A stretch of 64,000 bases of DNA from Paraspadella gotoi (taxonomy: Eukaryota; Animalia; Chaetognatha). Each line of letters starts with the position of its first letter. The first letter of the stretch is position 1. The notes under the pieces were generated by a model, which was given only the letters and a program-made list of their open reading frames with translations, was not told the DNA's origin and made no database searches. The stretch lies in assembly GCA_051294375.1 (NCBI GenBank), contig CM119265.1:4710421-4774420 (forward strand), in the 5' to 3' direction. A program made the position numbers and the translations under genes. Positions 26,901 through 40,400 of the stretch are shown here, piece by piece.

Positions 26901-29846
26901 CGTGACCCGATCTGTCAAGCAATGATCGCCTTTCTCCCTTTTCACGCTTCTTAATATTCTCACCCCTATTTTTTTTTTCATGTTTGAATTAACTTCCTTT
27001 TTTTTTTCATTGAGATGCCTGATTAATCTTATTTCTTCATAATTAAGGAAATAGTTTAAAATGGCTTGCATGCGTCCGTTTAAAATTGCAGTAGGAAAAA
27101 GATCACTAGACATTTTATAAATCAAATTGAAACAATGCTAAGATTATTTTAGCTCGGTAAATAACATAATAACGTTACCTGAAATTGACATGTGACAAAC
27201 ATAGACGCACGGATAGTATTGTGATTTTATCAACAATGAAAAACAGATCAAAAATGAGTTGTTTTTTTTTAATAAAAACTACACAGATCACGAAAAAATA
27301 ACAAAGACCACTAATATCAAACATATAACACTACTGAAATGTTATTAAATACTTCGTAAAAGTGAAAATTTTTCTTTATTTAGAAAAGCAAAGGAAATTT
27401 CGAGTGTCCTTCGAGTTCTCCGACTATTTTTGCGGAATTTAAAATCTTAAAAAACGATGTCAAAATTGATATTTAACAATTAACACTGCGACGCTTTCTC
27501 AGATTTATATAGCTAACTTCTTCGGGTCGATCGTCTTGACCGTCAAAATTTTGAAGTCCCCAACTCTTTTCATCTCCATCTTCAAAAAAAAAAAAAGAAT
27601 CTGCGAAACATAACCTCCGTACTGCAATATGCAAATTAGTTTGAAAGCGCCAATGGGCGGCTAAATTGACGACCGTCGCTCGGATTCATAGTTTGTACTA
27701 AAGCGTCGAGCGATAAAACGTTCCGCTCTTCAAAAATGCATCCGTTTTAACGGAGAGGACCGAAACCATCCCCTCTCCCCATTTCCGTCTCCACCCTCTT
27801 CTCCACACCCCCCCCTCCCTCAAAATAAAAGCTCGATCGGCAGATGGTCTTCCGAAGGCTGAGCAAATACTTTTTGTTCCTTTTGCGACTTTTGGAAAAA
27901 CGAAGGATCATCGTCGACCTTTTTTTTTGCGGAGAGGGGGCTGGGGGAGGAGGAGGAGGTGGAGGAAGATGGGGGCGTTGGGGGTTAAAAGACGGGTCGT
28001 TGTGACGGAGGTTGGGGGTTGGCTGATGCAAAGGCCTTCATAATCTCGTGAAAAAGCAAAGCGACGAATAGAGACGTTTTCTCGATTCCAAGAGAAGAGG
28101 ACGTTTCATCCTCTTTAAAGGTTTTTTTTCTTTTTTTGGCATCGTGGGCCATTTATTGATTTTTTTTTTCCTTTTATTCCTTTTTATTTTCTTTTTCTTT
28201 CGGTTTTTTTACGATGCCTGACTAAACGCTACCACGCGCGGATTTAAAATCACGATCTTTCAACTTTTTTCTCCGTTATTATCCGCGTGAGTTTTTAGAG
28301 ACGACGTCATTATTGGAGATTTTGGAAAAGAAGGTTTTGACTCAAAGCCAAGATGCTTTTAAAGCAATTTCGTTTTTCCTCCGAATTACGTTTGAACAAA
28401 GTCTTGCGCCGATTGAGCCCCATTTTTCAGGGAACGTGCGAAGCTGCGACGTTTAATCTTATCCGCAGTCAAAAACCGCGCCACTTCTGATCCAAAGGAG
28501 TCGGTCCCAAATTGNNNNNNNNNNCGCCGAATTAAGTTTTCGTCTCATTTCTTTCCTCCACTTCCCGCTCCTTTCTACCCTCCGTTTCTGTGCCAATTTC
28601 GCTTGACCTTTCAATTTATCATTAATTCCTCAGCTAAGTAGATCGCCCTCCATCCATAAAGCCTCGGCAGTAAATCCCAACGAAAACTCTTTCCTTTAAA
28701 AAGTATTAATTTCATTTTACAATCGTAAATTCTCCTCCCATCTCATTCCTACTTCCCGCCGACTTCCCGAAGCCCCCGTCAATCACCGAAATTCGGTTAC
28801 CCTCTACATGCCCCTTCCCCCCTCCGCCCGCCCCGCGCACGCGCTTTTAGCGGAAAGTCCCGACGTTTTACGTTTTCGAACGGGGCGGGCGGGCGACGGC
28901 GGCACGTGGACAGAGTTACTGCGTCGCGACGTGACTTTGACTCTTTGACCTTTTTAACCTCGAAATGATCGGAAGCGTCGGGGTTTTTGACGGGAAAGGA
29001 TTTGGATCATTAGGCGAGGGGGGGGCGCGCTCAGGATGAGGGATGAAATGGAGAAATGTAGGAATTCATTATCTTCAATCGGCTACGGAATCTTAACACG
29101 AAAATATAATTTCTTAATCTAAACTAATATATGTACGTATTTCCGGTAATTCTCGTTTTATTCAATTCTTTTGCAATATGCAGATGTTGTGACGGATTGA
29201 GAAAATCTTGAAAAAAAATTCTGCTCTCTTTTCATTGAGATTACTTCTTCCATGGCCTACTCTGCGCGACCATTTACTTCCACACAACCCTATTATATCT
29301 TAAGCCTAAACTACCAAGCCACCACCCACCCTAGCCACCATTCTCTAACATATTGTCCGCCCCCCCCCTCCGCCGTTTCCACTCGCGGTTTATAGAATCG
29401 CTCCTCCTTTCCCAATCCCTCGAACAGAAGCATCCCTTTCTTCGAGATAAATGAAGCGGGAACTTTTTGATAAGATATGCATTCGCCGCCGACGCCGCCG
29501 CTGCCGCCGCCGTCGCCGCGCCGCCGACGCTACCGCCGCCTCAGCCGACGCCTCCGCCGCCGTCCATTTAATTCTGCTGTCGAACTGACGATCGTGATTC
29601 ATCAATGCGAAGAAATTCATTGAAGTGGCGAGACTTTGTAGTTGAGGGGGTAGTTTTTACATAGTGGTTGGATGAGGGTTTGTTTTAAATAGTGGTTGTT
29701 CAGTTGACTATACATAGGTTTAGTTACTAATTTAAACGTTAGGAGGGCTGGTGGCCGCAGAAGCTTTTAAATACATGAAGGCAAAGCTGTTTTTGACGGT
29801 AAATTCATACTTCCTTTCTCTTTTTTCTCTTTTTTTCTTTATTGTT

Positions 29847-29878
<32 letters not shown>

Positions 29879-31927
29879 TNNNNNNNNNNNNNNNNNNNNN
29901 NNNNNNNNNNNNNNNNNNNNNNNNNNNNNNNNNNNNNNNNNNNNNNNNNNNNNNNNNNNNNNNNNNNNNNNNNNNNNNNNNNNNNNNNNNNNNNNNNNNN
30001 NNNNNNNNNNNNNNNNNNNNNNNNNNNNNNNNNNNNNNNNNNNNNNNNNNNNNNNNNNNNNNNNNNNNNNNNNNNNNNNNNNNNNNNNNNNNNNNNNNNN
30101 NNNNNNNNNNNNNNNNNNNNNNNNNNNNNNNNNNNNNNNNNNNNNNNNNNNNNNNNNNNNNNNNNNNNNNNNNNNNNNNNNNNNNNNNNNNNNNNNNNNN
30201 NNNNNNNNNNNNNNNNNNNNNNNNNNNNNNNNNNNNNNNNNNNNNNNNNNNNNNNNNNNNNNNNNNNNNNNAGAGAGAGAGAGAGAGAGTGAGAGTTAGA
30301 AAGTTTGGGTTCAAAAACGCGACGAGACGTTTCTTCTGCGGAATTGCTTTTTGTTTTTTTCTCTCTTTTTTTGTTGTCTGTTTTAGTTTCTCATTTTGTT
30401 TTTCATTTTCGTCGCAACTGCGCGGAATTTTAAACAAGAATTTCCCACGAAGACGCAGCGGTTGAGAAAAGTTGTTGTCGAGCGAAATAGTGAATACATT
30501 GAGACGGTTCAGGGCGTCATCTGCAGTGGGAAAGTTGACGTTTCAATTTAGCCGTTTTGAGTTCTTTTTTTAGGCGGTTTCATTGTTACTAATTAAACCA
30601 AGTAATGGTTAATTCTTGTTAAAAAACCTCGTTGTTCAAAATTCGGAGAAGAAATGACGGAGCTCGTTAAGAGCGCATTGACCGTCGTTGTTGTCGTTGT
30701 TGTGACAGCGGCGCCCGCTCGAGATTCGATCGCTCTCCATCTTTTCGCCGCAATCTCTCCATCGATCATTTTTCGTCTCCAACGGCGAACCATCGACTTT
30801 TCCTTAACGAGAATCCCATTTTTTTTCCTTTTTCCACTTTTTTCCTTCATTTTCTTTCTTTTTTTGTCGCTGTTGGTCGCGAAACCAACATATGTCCGCA
30901 AATTGAAATGGAACAAAATAAAGGAAGGCAGAAAGAGTTGAAAGAAATATAATATTAGAGAGTTTTGGGAAAACGGAATTGTTATTATTAAAGCAAACAT
31001 GAAAAGAGGGTGCTCTCGCTTTTCTTTGTCATTCTCCTTTCGTCCTCACCCTTTCCTTTTATTTTCACCACTCTCTGTCTCTCTCTTTCTCTCCTTCTCT
31101 CTCTTAACGTCATCTCTCTCTCCATTTAATTAAAATGTGTCAAAGTTGAAAATTAAAATAGGAAATAATTTGTGACTACAATGCAAAAAGAACGACAAAG
31201 GCAACTTTAACAACAGCGAGGACGATACTGATAACTGATAACCAAGAAACACTTTTGCTATCATCCATATTATATCGGGACGTTCTCGTTATATCGGTTT
31301 GCCCACTGTCAATCCACTTGGAACGTCATAACGTAATCTCATTAAATCGAGACTCAAGGTTCTTCCCCGTAAAAGTCATTTTTCCAGACGTCAGTCATTT
31401 TTCTGAAGAGACTCTCTTTTCGTCCTCATTACTAGTTTTACGATTGGGTTTTATTACATATTAACGAGTCCTTTCGAGATTAATCTTTATTAATTTTATG
31501 ATTTTTTCTCTCTCTTTTTTTTTTAATCGCTCAATTCGTCGTTGGACAACTTACTTTTCGATTCGCGAATTATCAGGTAAGTTTAAAGGATGTTATACTT
31601 TACTATTACTGTTCAATTTATCGCAATACGTTTACAGATAGGGTAAGTGTGGGAAAAGATAATTAGGACAGAGATTCATTTAGATTCATGTAGCCGGTTC
31701 TTTTATCTATAGTAATCTCTCTCTCTCCCTCTGTCTTTTCCCCCAATCTCCCTCTCGCTCTCTCCCTCTCTCTCTTTCTTTCAAATACTTTCTTTTCTTC
31801 TAAGAATAAAAGAAAATTCGTTTGGAATCTCTGTTTTAGATTTTCCGCGGTTCCAAAGTAGATCCTAAACCACTGTAAAGAACCATTTCTTGGACCGCGT
31901 TCAAATCATCTTGTTAAACTCGACGCC

Positions 31928-31930
<3 letters not shown>

Positions 31931-32015
<85 letters not shown>
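31931..32015. repeat. (GA)n microsatellite
   Basis: Uninterrupted GA run. Confidence 0.97.
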
Positions 32016-32018
<3 letters not shown>

Positions 32019-32268
32019 CGATGTTGGGAATCATCTTGTTTTAATTTCCTTTGTTCTCTGAGCCTCGACGGAACATTGTGCAAGGATCGATATCTTTTCA
32101 AAAGCAAAACTCATTCGCATCGATTCTTTTTTCCATCTTGCGCCAAACAAAAAAAAAATAATATCTTTTTTTTGCATCGACGGCCGACGTCGCGATAAAA
32201 ACGGAATCTGGGTCAAAACGAAAACAAAAGGACCGAAAAAAACAAAAAAAGTGAAGACTGCATCGACG

Positions 32269-32307
<39 letters not shown>

Positions 32308-33025
32308 TCCTCGACGACGTCGACGAACGATAACGACCCAATCATGAGCAGAAATATATTGCCCACTCTCTGACCGCGACACCGCTTAACGTTCTTCCAT
32401 CGGTCTTCCACCGCCTTCCCCGGTGCCACCCCGACGACCCATTCTCCAGCCTCCAACCGCCCACGACCCGCTTCTATTCAACTTCACACCCATCCTTCCA
32501 CACATCCCGGTTCTTTCACGGCTCCATCCGATCACAGCCACGTCCAGCTCTCGTTTTGTACACTCCTTTCTCCGCCTCTTGGTAACTGCCAACCCTTTCC
32601 CTTTTCCAACTGCCCAGTGGCTATCCAGACCCAGCTGGGTGGGCGGGGAGTGAAAGAGGTCGAATCCATTCTACCTTCTTTTCTTTATNNNNNNNNNNCC
32701 ATCATTAAAAACCAAAACACATCTTATCTTTCATTCTGTCTTCCAAAAAGCAAAAGGATGATTATTAAGCTCAGTAATGTAATCAACATCGTTATCATCA
32801 TCAGAATCAATCTCGTTCAAATCGATAACAGAAAGTTACCTGGAGGTAAGAAAGAAAGAAAGAAAGATAGAAAGAAAGAGAGAAAGAAAGAAAGAAATCG
32901 AAAAAAAGAATGAAATAATTTGTAAGAAAGAAAAAATGTATTAAATACAAAAGAGAGAGAGACAATAAATAAGTAAAGAAAGACTTGACAAGAGTCGCGT
33001 GCCACCTGCGTCGAATCCAGAATTA

Positions 33026-33478
33026 TTACCAGGGAGATTTTGTCGTTCGCTGCCTCTTTCGCTCTTCGGTCAAAAACCTCCTATCATCATAAATGACATC
33101 ATCGTCTGTGACATCATCGTCGACGCAAGGTTCTCGACATCGGATGCCATCATCGTCGATACCATCGGGCAGATTCCTGACCATTGCATTGCACTTTGCA
33201 GCCCGATGGACCAGTGCCTCTTTTGTTTCCAATTTTCGCAAATGCTCGCGTGCAAAGTTTTTCGCTACTGATTCCGCCTCGTAAACCCAATTACTAAAAA
33301 TGCCCTCGCGGAATTTGCGTCTACATCGTCCAGTTTTATTACAAGCGTCGTCGTCGTCGTCGTCGTAGTCGTCGTCGTAGTCGTCGTCGTCGTTTTCATC
33401 GTCGTTGTTGTCTTTATCGATTTCCCCCGCAACAATTTCCATTAGCGATGACAACCGTATGGCGCGTTCCGACGTCAA
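33026..33478 (-). CDS. Possible coding exon of unknown protein (acidic tracts flanking a helical-looking core)
   Basis: 150-codon frame with a non-repetitive core FSNWVYEAESVAKNFAREHLRKLETKEALVHRAAKCNAMVRNLPDG and a possible donor CTG|GTAATA at its end. No family recognised; the D-runs come from GAC repeats. Confidence 0.25.
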   Translation of the reverse strand: MTSERAIRLSSLMEIVAGEIDKDNNDDENDDDDYDDDYDDDDDDACNKTGRCRRKFREGIFSNWVYEAESVAKNFAREHLRKLETKEALVHRAAKCNAMVRNLPDGIDDDGIRCREPCVDDDVTDDDVIYDDRRFLTEERKRQRTTKSPW

Positions 33479-34573
33479 GAATAAAACAAAAGGACAAGAA
33501 AGATAAGGGAGACGAAATCGAAAATGAAAACTGAGACTAAATTCTTACAGAAAATTGTTCTTATTCTTATGTTTTTGCGGTGTCTTTTTTTTTCTGTGAG
33601 ATATCTTTCTCTTGTTAAAATTGTATATCAAAAAGATAACTAGATGAGTAAATGGAAAAAAAATAGCTCCGTCATTTGAGGGCAAGTTGCTGGTTCCCAT
33701 CTCTCATCCCCTCACCACTCGGGATCTAGAATCAGTAATGTACGATTTCGATCCCCTTCCTTTTCTCTATTTATGTTTTCTTTCCCTTTTTTTCCTTTTT
33801 CCGTCTTTTTCCATTCTTTCTCCTCCACACAATTTTTTTTTCTTCCTTTTCTCTCTCGTCCGATTAGAGAACGACGACGACGATATTTTCGACGACGACT
33901 GCGACGACGACGACGAAATCCGAGGAGGAGGAGTCTCAACTCCTCTCCGTTTTCTTCCTCTTCCTCCTCTTATTACTTTTTAACGGTTTCCGACTCTTCC
34001 CGCTCTTCCTCGCCATCGAGTTTCGACCGGCGAGTTTCGTGTTGTAATTTCTTGAATCCGAGCGAAAAAAGCCAAAAAGGAAGAGAAAAAAAAAATCGAG
34101 TGGGATGAATGATTTTTCTTTGCCTATCGTTTTCTATCGATTTTGCGTATTTTAAAATTAAAAATACATTGGTCGTTCCGAGCTNNNNNNNNNNNNNNNN
34201 NNNNNNNNNGAAAAGTAGAGAATGATGGTTGTGATATATATAATTGGGATAGACCAGTTTGGACACTAGAGGAGACGAGATTAGGCCAACCTTTATATTC
34301 AGAACACAACATCAGAATTCGGTGCGGCTGGAGGCTCTATTGTGTATTAGTCTCCTTCTCTCTCTCTTTCGTCATCAAATATGTGATTGATGTATGTTTG
34401 CTACTCATCTCTACTCTTGGACCGCCAATACGATATATAGACAGAAGTTAAACTACAAACCGACAGCCAAACGACTTTTTCTCGGCTCAAAAAACGAGAG
34501 ATATTAGACCACAGAGTATCAAGATAATGAGATTAATGCGAGGAATTTGAGAATATATAATTTTCGGCGCGGA

Positions 34574-35310
34574 CAATCTGTCGCCAAAAAAAAAACATTG
34601 TCTTTGCTGCACATGTTACAACGATGTACCAAGCTGAAGTTTTCAAAGTAGAACAGTTTTCCCGAATAGTCCGAAAATTGTACAATCCTGGGTACTTACA
34701 AAGTAGCAACAAACGGGGAAGTTTTTCTTCGCTAAGGCAGGAAAACTGTACAGAAACAGCGAAGCAGCGATAGGCACGGAGGGCGTGCGGTTTTTAAACG
34801 TCCGATCCGAGAAACTTATTTTTACGGCTAAAAAATTCCATCGAATTGAATTTTTTTTTTTTTTTTTGAATATAAAAGGGTTGCGTGAGAAATATTTAAA
34901 AAAAAAATTCTCTAAACTAAAGAATGTGAATTGGATTGGAAAAAGTCGCAGCTTTGAAGCATTCAAACATGGGTGATGGCTCACAGGAGATAGAGTTGGC
35001 GAATGAAGGTGAGACGTATAGAGATAGTATAAGTCGTACGTAAGTCCTAGAATTAAACAAGCTGTTTTTCTTTTTTTGATTTCTAAAAATCCCGCAGATT
35101 TTTAAATATTCGAATGCTATGTTTTTTCACAATTTTCGAATCTGATCGCGCGCCGAAATTTAACGGAGGGGGAAATAGAAAACATGGAAGTTTGGGCGGG
35201 TTGCGAACGCTACACGTATCCGTTGTAAATCCGAAAGTTCATTTTTTTGAGAAACAAAAGGGAACAAAACAGAGGAAGAAGGTAATTTTGGTAAATGGAG
35301 AAAAAGAGTC
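34574..35310 (-). repeat. Inverted duplicate segment
   Basis: 34574-~35125 is the reverse complement of ~35315-35847; the whole segment is the reverse complement of ~50640-51358, where the sequence occurs once and uninverted. Confidence 0.93.
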
Positions 35311-36877
35311 TCAAAAAAAACAAAGCATTCGAATATTTTAAAATCTGGGGATTTTTAGAATCAAAATAAAGAAAAACCAGCTTGTTAATCTATGGACTTA
35401 CTACGACTTATTACTATCTCTATAGCTCTCACTCTCATTCGCCAACTATCTCCCGTGAGCCGTCACCATGTTTCTGAATGCTTCAAAGCAGCGACGTTTT
35501 TCAATCAATTCACATTCTTTAGTGAGATTATTTTTTTTTAAATATTTCTCAACGCACCTTTTATTCAAAAAAAAAAAAAAAAAAATTCAATTCGAGAATT
35601 TTTAGGCGTAAAAATAATTTCTGGATCGGATCTTTAAAAACCGCAGGCCCCGTGCCTATCGTCTGCTCGCTGTTCTGTACAGTTTTACTGCCTTAGGAGA
35701 AAAACTTCCCCGTTTGTTGCTACTTGTAGTACCAGGATTGGTACAATTTTACGACTTTCGGAAACTGTTTCTACTTTGAAACTTAGCTTGGTACATCGTT
35801 TAACATGTGCAGCAAAAGACAATGTTTTTTTTTTGGCGACAGATTGGCGGATTTTCGATCGATATCATGTCGTCGGTTCGTTGGCCGTCATTTCGTCTGT
35901 CATCTTTCTCAGGGTTGTAACTCGTTCCTTTTTCGTAAACTGTGCCACCGCCGGCAGTGAGAAGATTGGCCACTCGTCTCCTCTGGTGTCAATGCACTTT
36001 TAATTCTTATTTCTCCGACTTCTTTTTTAAAAAAATCTTTCATTTCGATCGCCTCCATATTTAATCTTTAATAACCTAATCTCTAGATTACTAAGCCTGT
36101 TGCTCCTGTGCTTCTGCAACTTGCAGCAATTGCAGCATGTATTTTCTTTTCATATCTTTTCATAACCTGGTCGCCCTTCCCTTTTTTCTCCTTTGCCTTT
36201 TCGTCATTTCGCCTGTTGCCTCTTTTTACCTCGCTCCGCCACATTGCGCCCCCGCGGCCAACTCTTCCTTCTCTCTCTACTCTCTCTCTCTCTCTCATCT
36301 CATCTCTCTCTCTCTCTGCTCTCCTAGTCTCTCTTCTCTCTCTCTCTCTCTGCCCTAAAACCTCCAAGGGAATTCATCATTTTACGTCAGTTGAATTCGA
36401 CTTGAAAAAAAAAGAACGAGGGTCCGGTGTGAGCCGAAAAATACAATCGTTCACTCGAAAACGTCATCATTCATTCTTCACACCTCTGAGGATTACGATT
36501 CGCCGCACACCAAAAAAAATGGGAAAACATTGCGAAGTTCGTACTCACGAATAGGCTTCGGTATTAAAAGAAACCAAAGAAGAAAATGAGAAGTTGTGGT
36601 GTAGAAAAATATGACGGCAGTTGCGAGCCAACGCCGACTTCTCAATCTCCTCCGAATGGCTTCGCATCTCTTCTCTGCGTCTCCTCTCCACCTCCACACC
36701 CCCATCGCTTTGCCCCATCGAGTTATGCGGTAGTGATAACTTTCGTCTCGCTCAAGAAAAAAAAATCCCCGGTTGTGTTTTCTTTTCTCATTCGCGGAGC
36801 AGCGTTCAAAAAATATCGGAAGCTCGTCCCGACGCGGGTGCTCTTTCGACCTTTGGCGTCCGTGCGTCTACGCCTGT

Positions 36878-37450
36878 TTCTCCTCCTCCCCTTCCTTCCC
36901 TTTTCTCGTCCTCTGCCTCTTTCCTTTTTCCCCTTTCCTTTCTTCCCTCCTTCCTTTTTTTCTCACTCCCTCCTTCCTTCCCTTTTTCTCGTCCCTCTGC
37001 TCTTATCCTTTTTTCCCCTTTCCTTTCTTCCTCCTTCCTTTTTTTTCACGACTCCCCCTCCTTCCTTTCTCGTCCCTCTCCCCTTTCCTTTTTCCCCTTT
37101 CCTTTCATCCCTCCTCCTTTTTTTCTCACTCCCCTTCCTTCCCTTTTTCTCGTCCTCTGCTCTTTCCTTTTTCCCCCTTTCCTTTCTTCCCTCCTTCCTT
37201 TTTTTCTCACTCCCCCTTCCTTCCCTTTTTCTCGTCCCTCTGCCTTTCTTTTTCCCCTTCCTTTCTTCCTCCTTCTTTTTTTCTCACTCCCCCTTCCTTC
37301 CCTTTTTCTCGTCCCTCTGCTCTTCCTTTTCCCTTCCTTCTTCCTTCCTTCCTTTTTTTCTCACTCGCCAGCCCTCCCTTTTTCTTCGTCCCTCTTCCCT
37401 TTCCTCTTTTCCTTTTCCTTTCTTCCTTCCTTTCGTTCCTTCCTTTTTTT
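36878..37450. repeat. Polypyrimidine minisatellite, ~80 bp unit, about 7 copies
   Basis: Anchor cgtcc recurs at 36907, 36990, 37071, 37151, 37233, 37310, 37387; unit approx. ttttttctcactcccccttccttccctttttctcgtccctctgctctttcctttttcccctttcctttcttccctccttcc. Explains the 280-365 aa F/L/P/S ORFs. Confidence 0.93.
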
Positions 37451-40400
37451 TGCTTCTGTTTTCACTCTTCCAATTCAAGGTTTTTTTTCTCTCGTCTCTC
37501 TCCTTCATCTCTCTCTCTCTCTCTCTTCCTCTCTCGTCTCTCTTCTCTTCTCTCTCTCTCTCTCTTCTCTTCTTCTGCTCTTGTATGTTCCCTTGGATCA
37601 TTCCACTCCTTTTAAAAAAAAGAAGGTGGTCCATAAAATTCACCCCCCACTTTTTGAAAGGGGGTTTGTTCTAAGCCCCCTCAGTTTCAAGGGGGTGGGT
37701 CTCTCTATGTCTCTCTGAAAAGTGACGGAACTCGCGAGATTCGATACCCTGTGAAAACTATTCTTTTTTCTTTCACTGAGAAAAAGTTTGTTTTATCTCT
37801 CTCGCTCTCTATCTTTTTTGGGGTTCCTTGTTTTGTCTCTGTCTCAATATATTTTGTTTTACTTTCTCCTGTTTCTTTCCGAATACAATATCCCTCTGAA
37901 AATAAGGAAAGAAATCCTCTTGATTCTCTCAGAAAGAAACGTTCAATAGTGAAAAGCGAAAAAGAAAAAAAAACAAGTCAATCAAAAAAAGAAATTAAAA
38001 ATATAAACATAAAGAAAGATCAACGAAAAAGGGTTTCAAAGGTCTTAGTTCAACTTTTCTGTTCAAGTCACCGATGTTAGTTAATTTTAAATTCAGAGCT
38101 CCTTTGTTTGTTTTCGTTTTAATAAATCATCTTTTTTTTGTAAAAATAACGATTGATGTGTATGAGAAAAAAAAAAAAAGAATTGAAAGAATTATTTAAA
38201 GATAGAGAAGCAACATAGATATAACGAGATTGAGAGCGAGAGGGAAGAAAATCGGAATAAAAAAACTCAACCGAGAAACGTTTTTCTTCATTCGAATTCA
38301 TGAACACTAAAATATTCGTTCGGACAAATCGTAAATAATTTATTCTATTTACGGACTTTTACCTTGATGATAACAACTCGTAAACAAGCGAAATGTTCTT
38401 TGGGTTGTACGTCTGTACGTTTGCCATTTGTTCTACGTTTTTCTTTCTTTTCTTTCTCAGCCACACTTCACTACCATCGTCCGATCGCCAAAAAAAAAAA
38501 AAATTTTCTTCAGTATTTTTCAGATTCATTCAAAACCAAAATAAATTTTAAGCTCAAAGTTCGATTAATCTCGTTTTAGTTAAAGAAGCCTTAATTTATC
38601 TAATAAAAAAAAAATCATAATCTTTTTCACCTTTTTTTGTCACCATTATTTTTTTTCCTTCTTCCTTCAACCCCTTCCTGTTTTTTTCCCCATTTTTTAC
38701 TCCTTTGTCGAGCTAGTTAATGAATTAAGAATCATATCGGGCGGCAGGTGGCTATCCCCTTTAGAGTCAGCTTCGTCCCTTCGAAAAGAATCAAACGGTC
38801 GTCAATTGAGAACCAACTCGACTATAACTTTGGCATCCGATTCTCTTTTTAGTTTTTTTTCAAACAAAAAAAAGGTTTTTCTTTTCTCGTTTCCTTCGTC
38901 GCGCCATTGTTCTTTTGAGTTGTTTTTTTTTTTTTTGCTTGTTTCTCTTTGCCCGGAAACGTTTTGTCTCATGCGAGAGAGAAAAGACTCTGGGGGATCC
39001 TATTTTCTTTTCTTCTTATTTATTTCTCACAGTGTCTGTCAGATTTTTTTTTTTTTTTTTTTTTGCGGATCGCCCATCCGGAATTGGTATTTTCTTCTTT
39101 CTTTTTTGTTTTTTTTTTCATTCATTCTTTTTTTCTTTCTATTGTATATATCCTTCCATCTCTTTCGCCGCTTTACTTTTCTTTTTCATCTTATTAGATA
39201 ACAACACAATTTTTTTTCTTTTCTAATACTCTGTTACAGATGTTATCTCGTCTTATCAGCGTCGACGTCAATTAAAATGTTTTTTTTTTTTCGTTTCGTC
39301 TTTTTCCCCGTTAGGCTAAGCTTTTTTTTTCTTATGAAAATGTTGAATCTTTCTCTCTCTCACTCTCCTGTTTTCTCTACTTCCTCCATTCTCTCTCTCC
39401 CTCCCTCTCTATATCGTCTTTATCTCATTCACGGGGCCATAACTGTTGCAGCTTTGTCCTCAGTTATTTAACTGAATGAACCCCCCGCTTTCTCTACCCC
39501 TCCGTTCTCTCCGCCCATTTAAATCCCCCCCTCCTTCACCCCCTAACCATTTCCTTCCTTCCCGGTCTCATCAAATATGCAAAAAAAAAGAAAGAAAATT
39601 CTCGGGTCGAATCGCGCGGGAGCCGAGATCCACGATTGTTCTCCTCCAACGTTTTTTTTTTTTTTTTTACTCTCAAATTTTGTCGTCGTCGTTGTCGAGG
39701 TATGACGTTGTTTGTTGTTGTAGTTACTAGCCGTCCCATTCAACTTCTTTGTTCAGTCCATCTCGATGGTGATTTAAATTTCCACAAAAATCATTCCGAA
39801 TTGAAACATTTTCGGTTGGCTCGATTAACGAACTTTGAAATCCCCGTATTTTCTTGGCTTCTCTTGTTCTCCGCCATGAATTCCCACCTTTTTTTTAAAT
39901 TTTACATTTGCTTTCACCCTTTCTATGTGACAATTAAATATAAGTAAAAAAAACTAAACAAATAATGAACAAAAAAAATAGCGGACATGATCTGGAAAAA
40001 AAAGGGCCTGAACTGGGTAAATGGTGACAATAAAAAGCGGAAAAAAAAAATTCGCTGTGAAAAATAAAACTCGTGAATCGAAAGAAGTGTGAACCCGAGA
40101 GTTTTCTTTTCTGCATTTTACTTTACTCTTTCCCCTTCTTTTCTTTTTCGCGCGTTCCTTATATTCTCTACTATCTTTGCGCTTTCTTGTCCAACGAGGA
40201 AAAAAAAACAAAATGCAAAACAAAAAAAAAAAGAGAAGAGTGCTGTCTGGCTCGCGCGTGAAAGGAAAACAAATAAAACAGAAGAGAAAACAAAACTGGA
40301 CGAGAATGGAGAGAGAGAAAGAGGGAGAGAGATGAGAGGAGAGAGAGAGAGAGAGAGAAGACGTCAGCAACAAGGCTCGACCGTCTGAACAGTGTTCCTC

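Noticed and set aside
23202-30465. Long ORFs containing X runs
   Set aside because: They are open only because they cross N gaps.
31574-31650. Two consensus GTAAGT donor sites
   Set aside because: No credible upstream exon or reading frame could be assigned.
36878-37450. Regularly spaced repeats as a CRISPR array
   Set aside because: No unique spacers, low complexity, no cas genes, eukaryotic context.
36586-37718. 280-365 aa ORFs in all three plus frames (also at 46410-47700 and 52110-53232) resembling membrane proteins
   Set aside because: A pyrimidine-only minisatellite cannot form stop codons; the F/L/P/S composition is a by-product.
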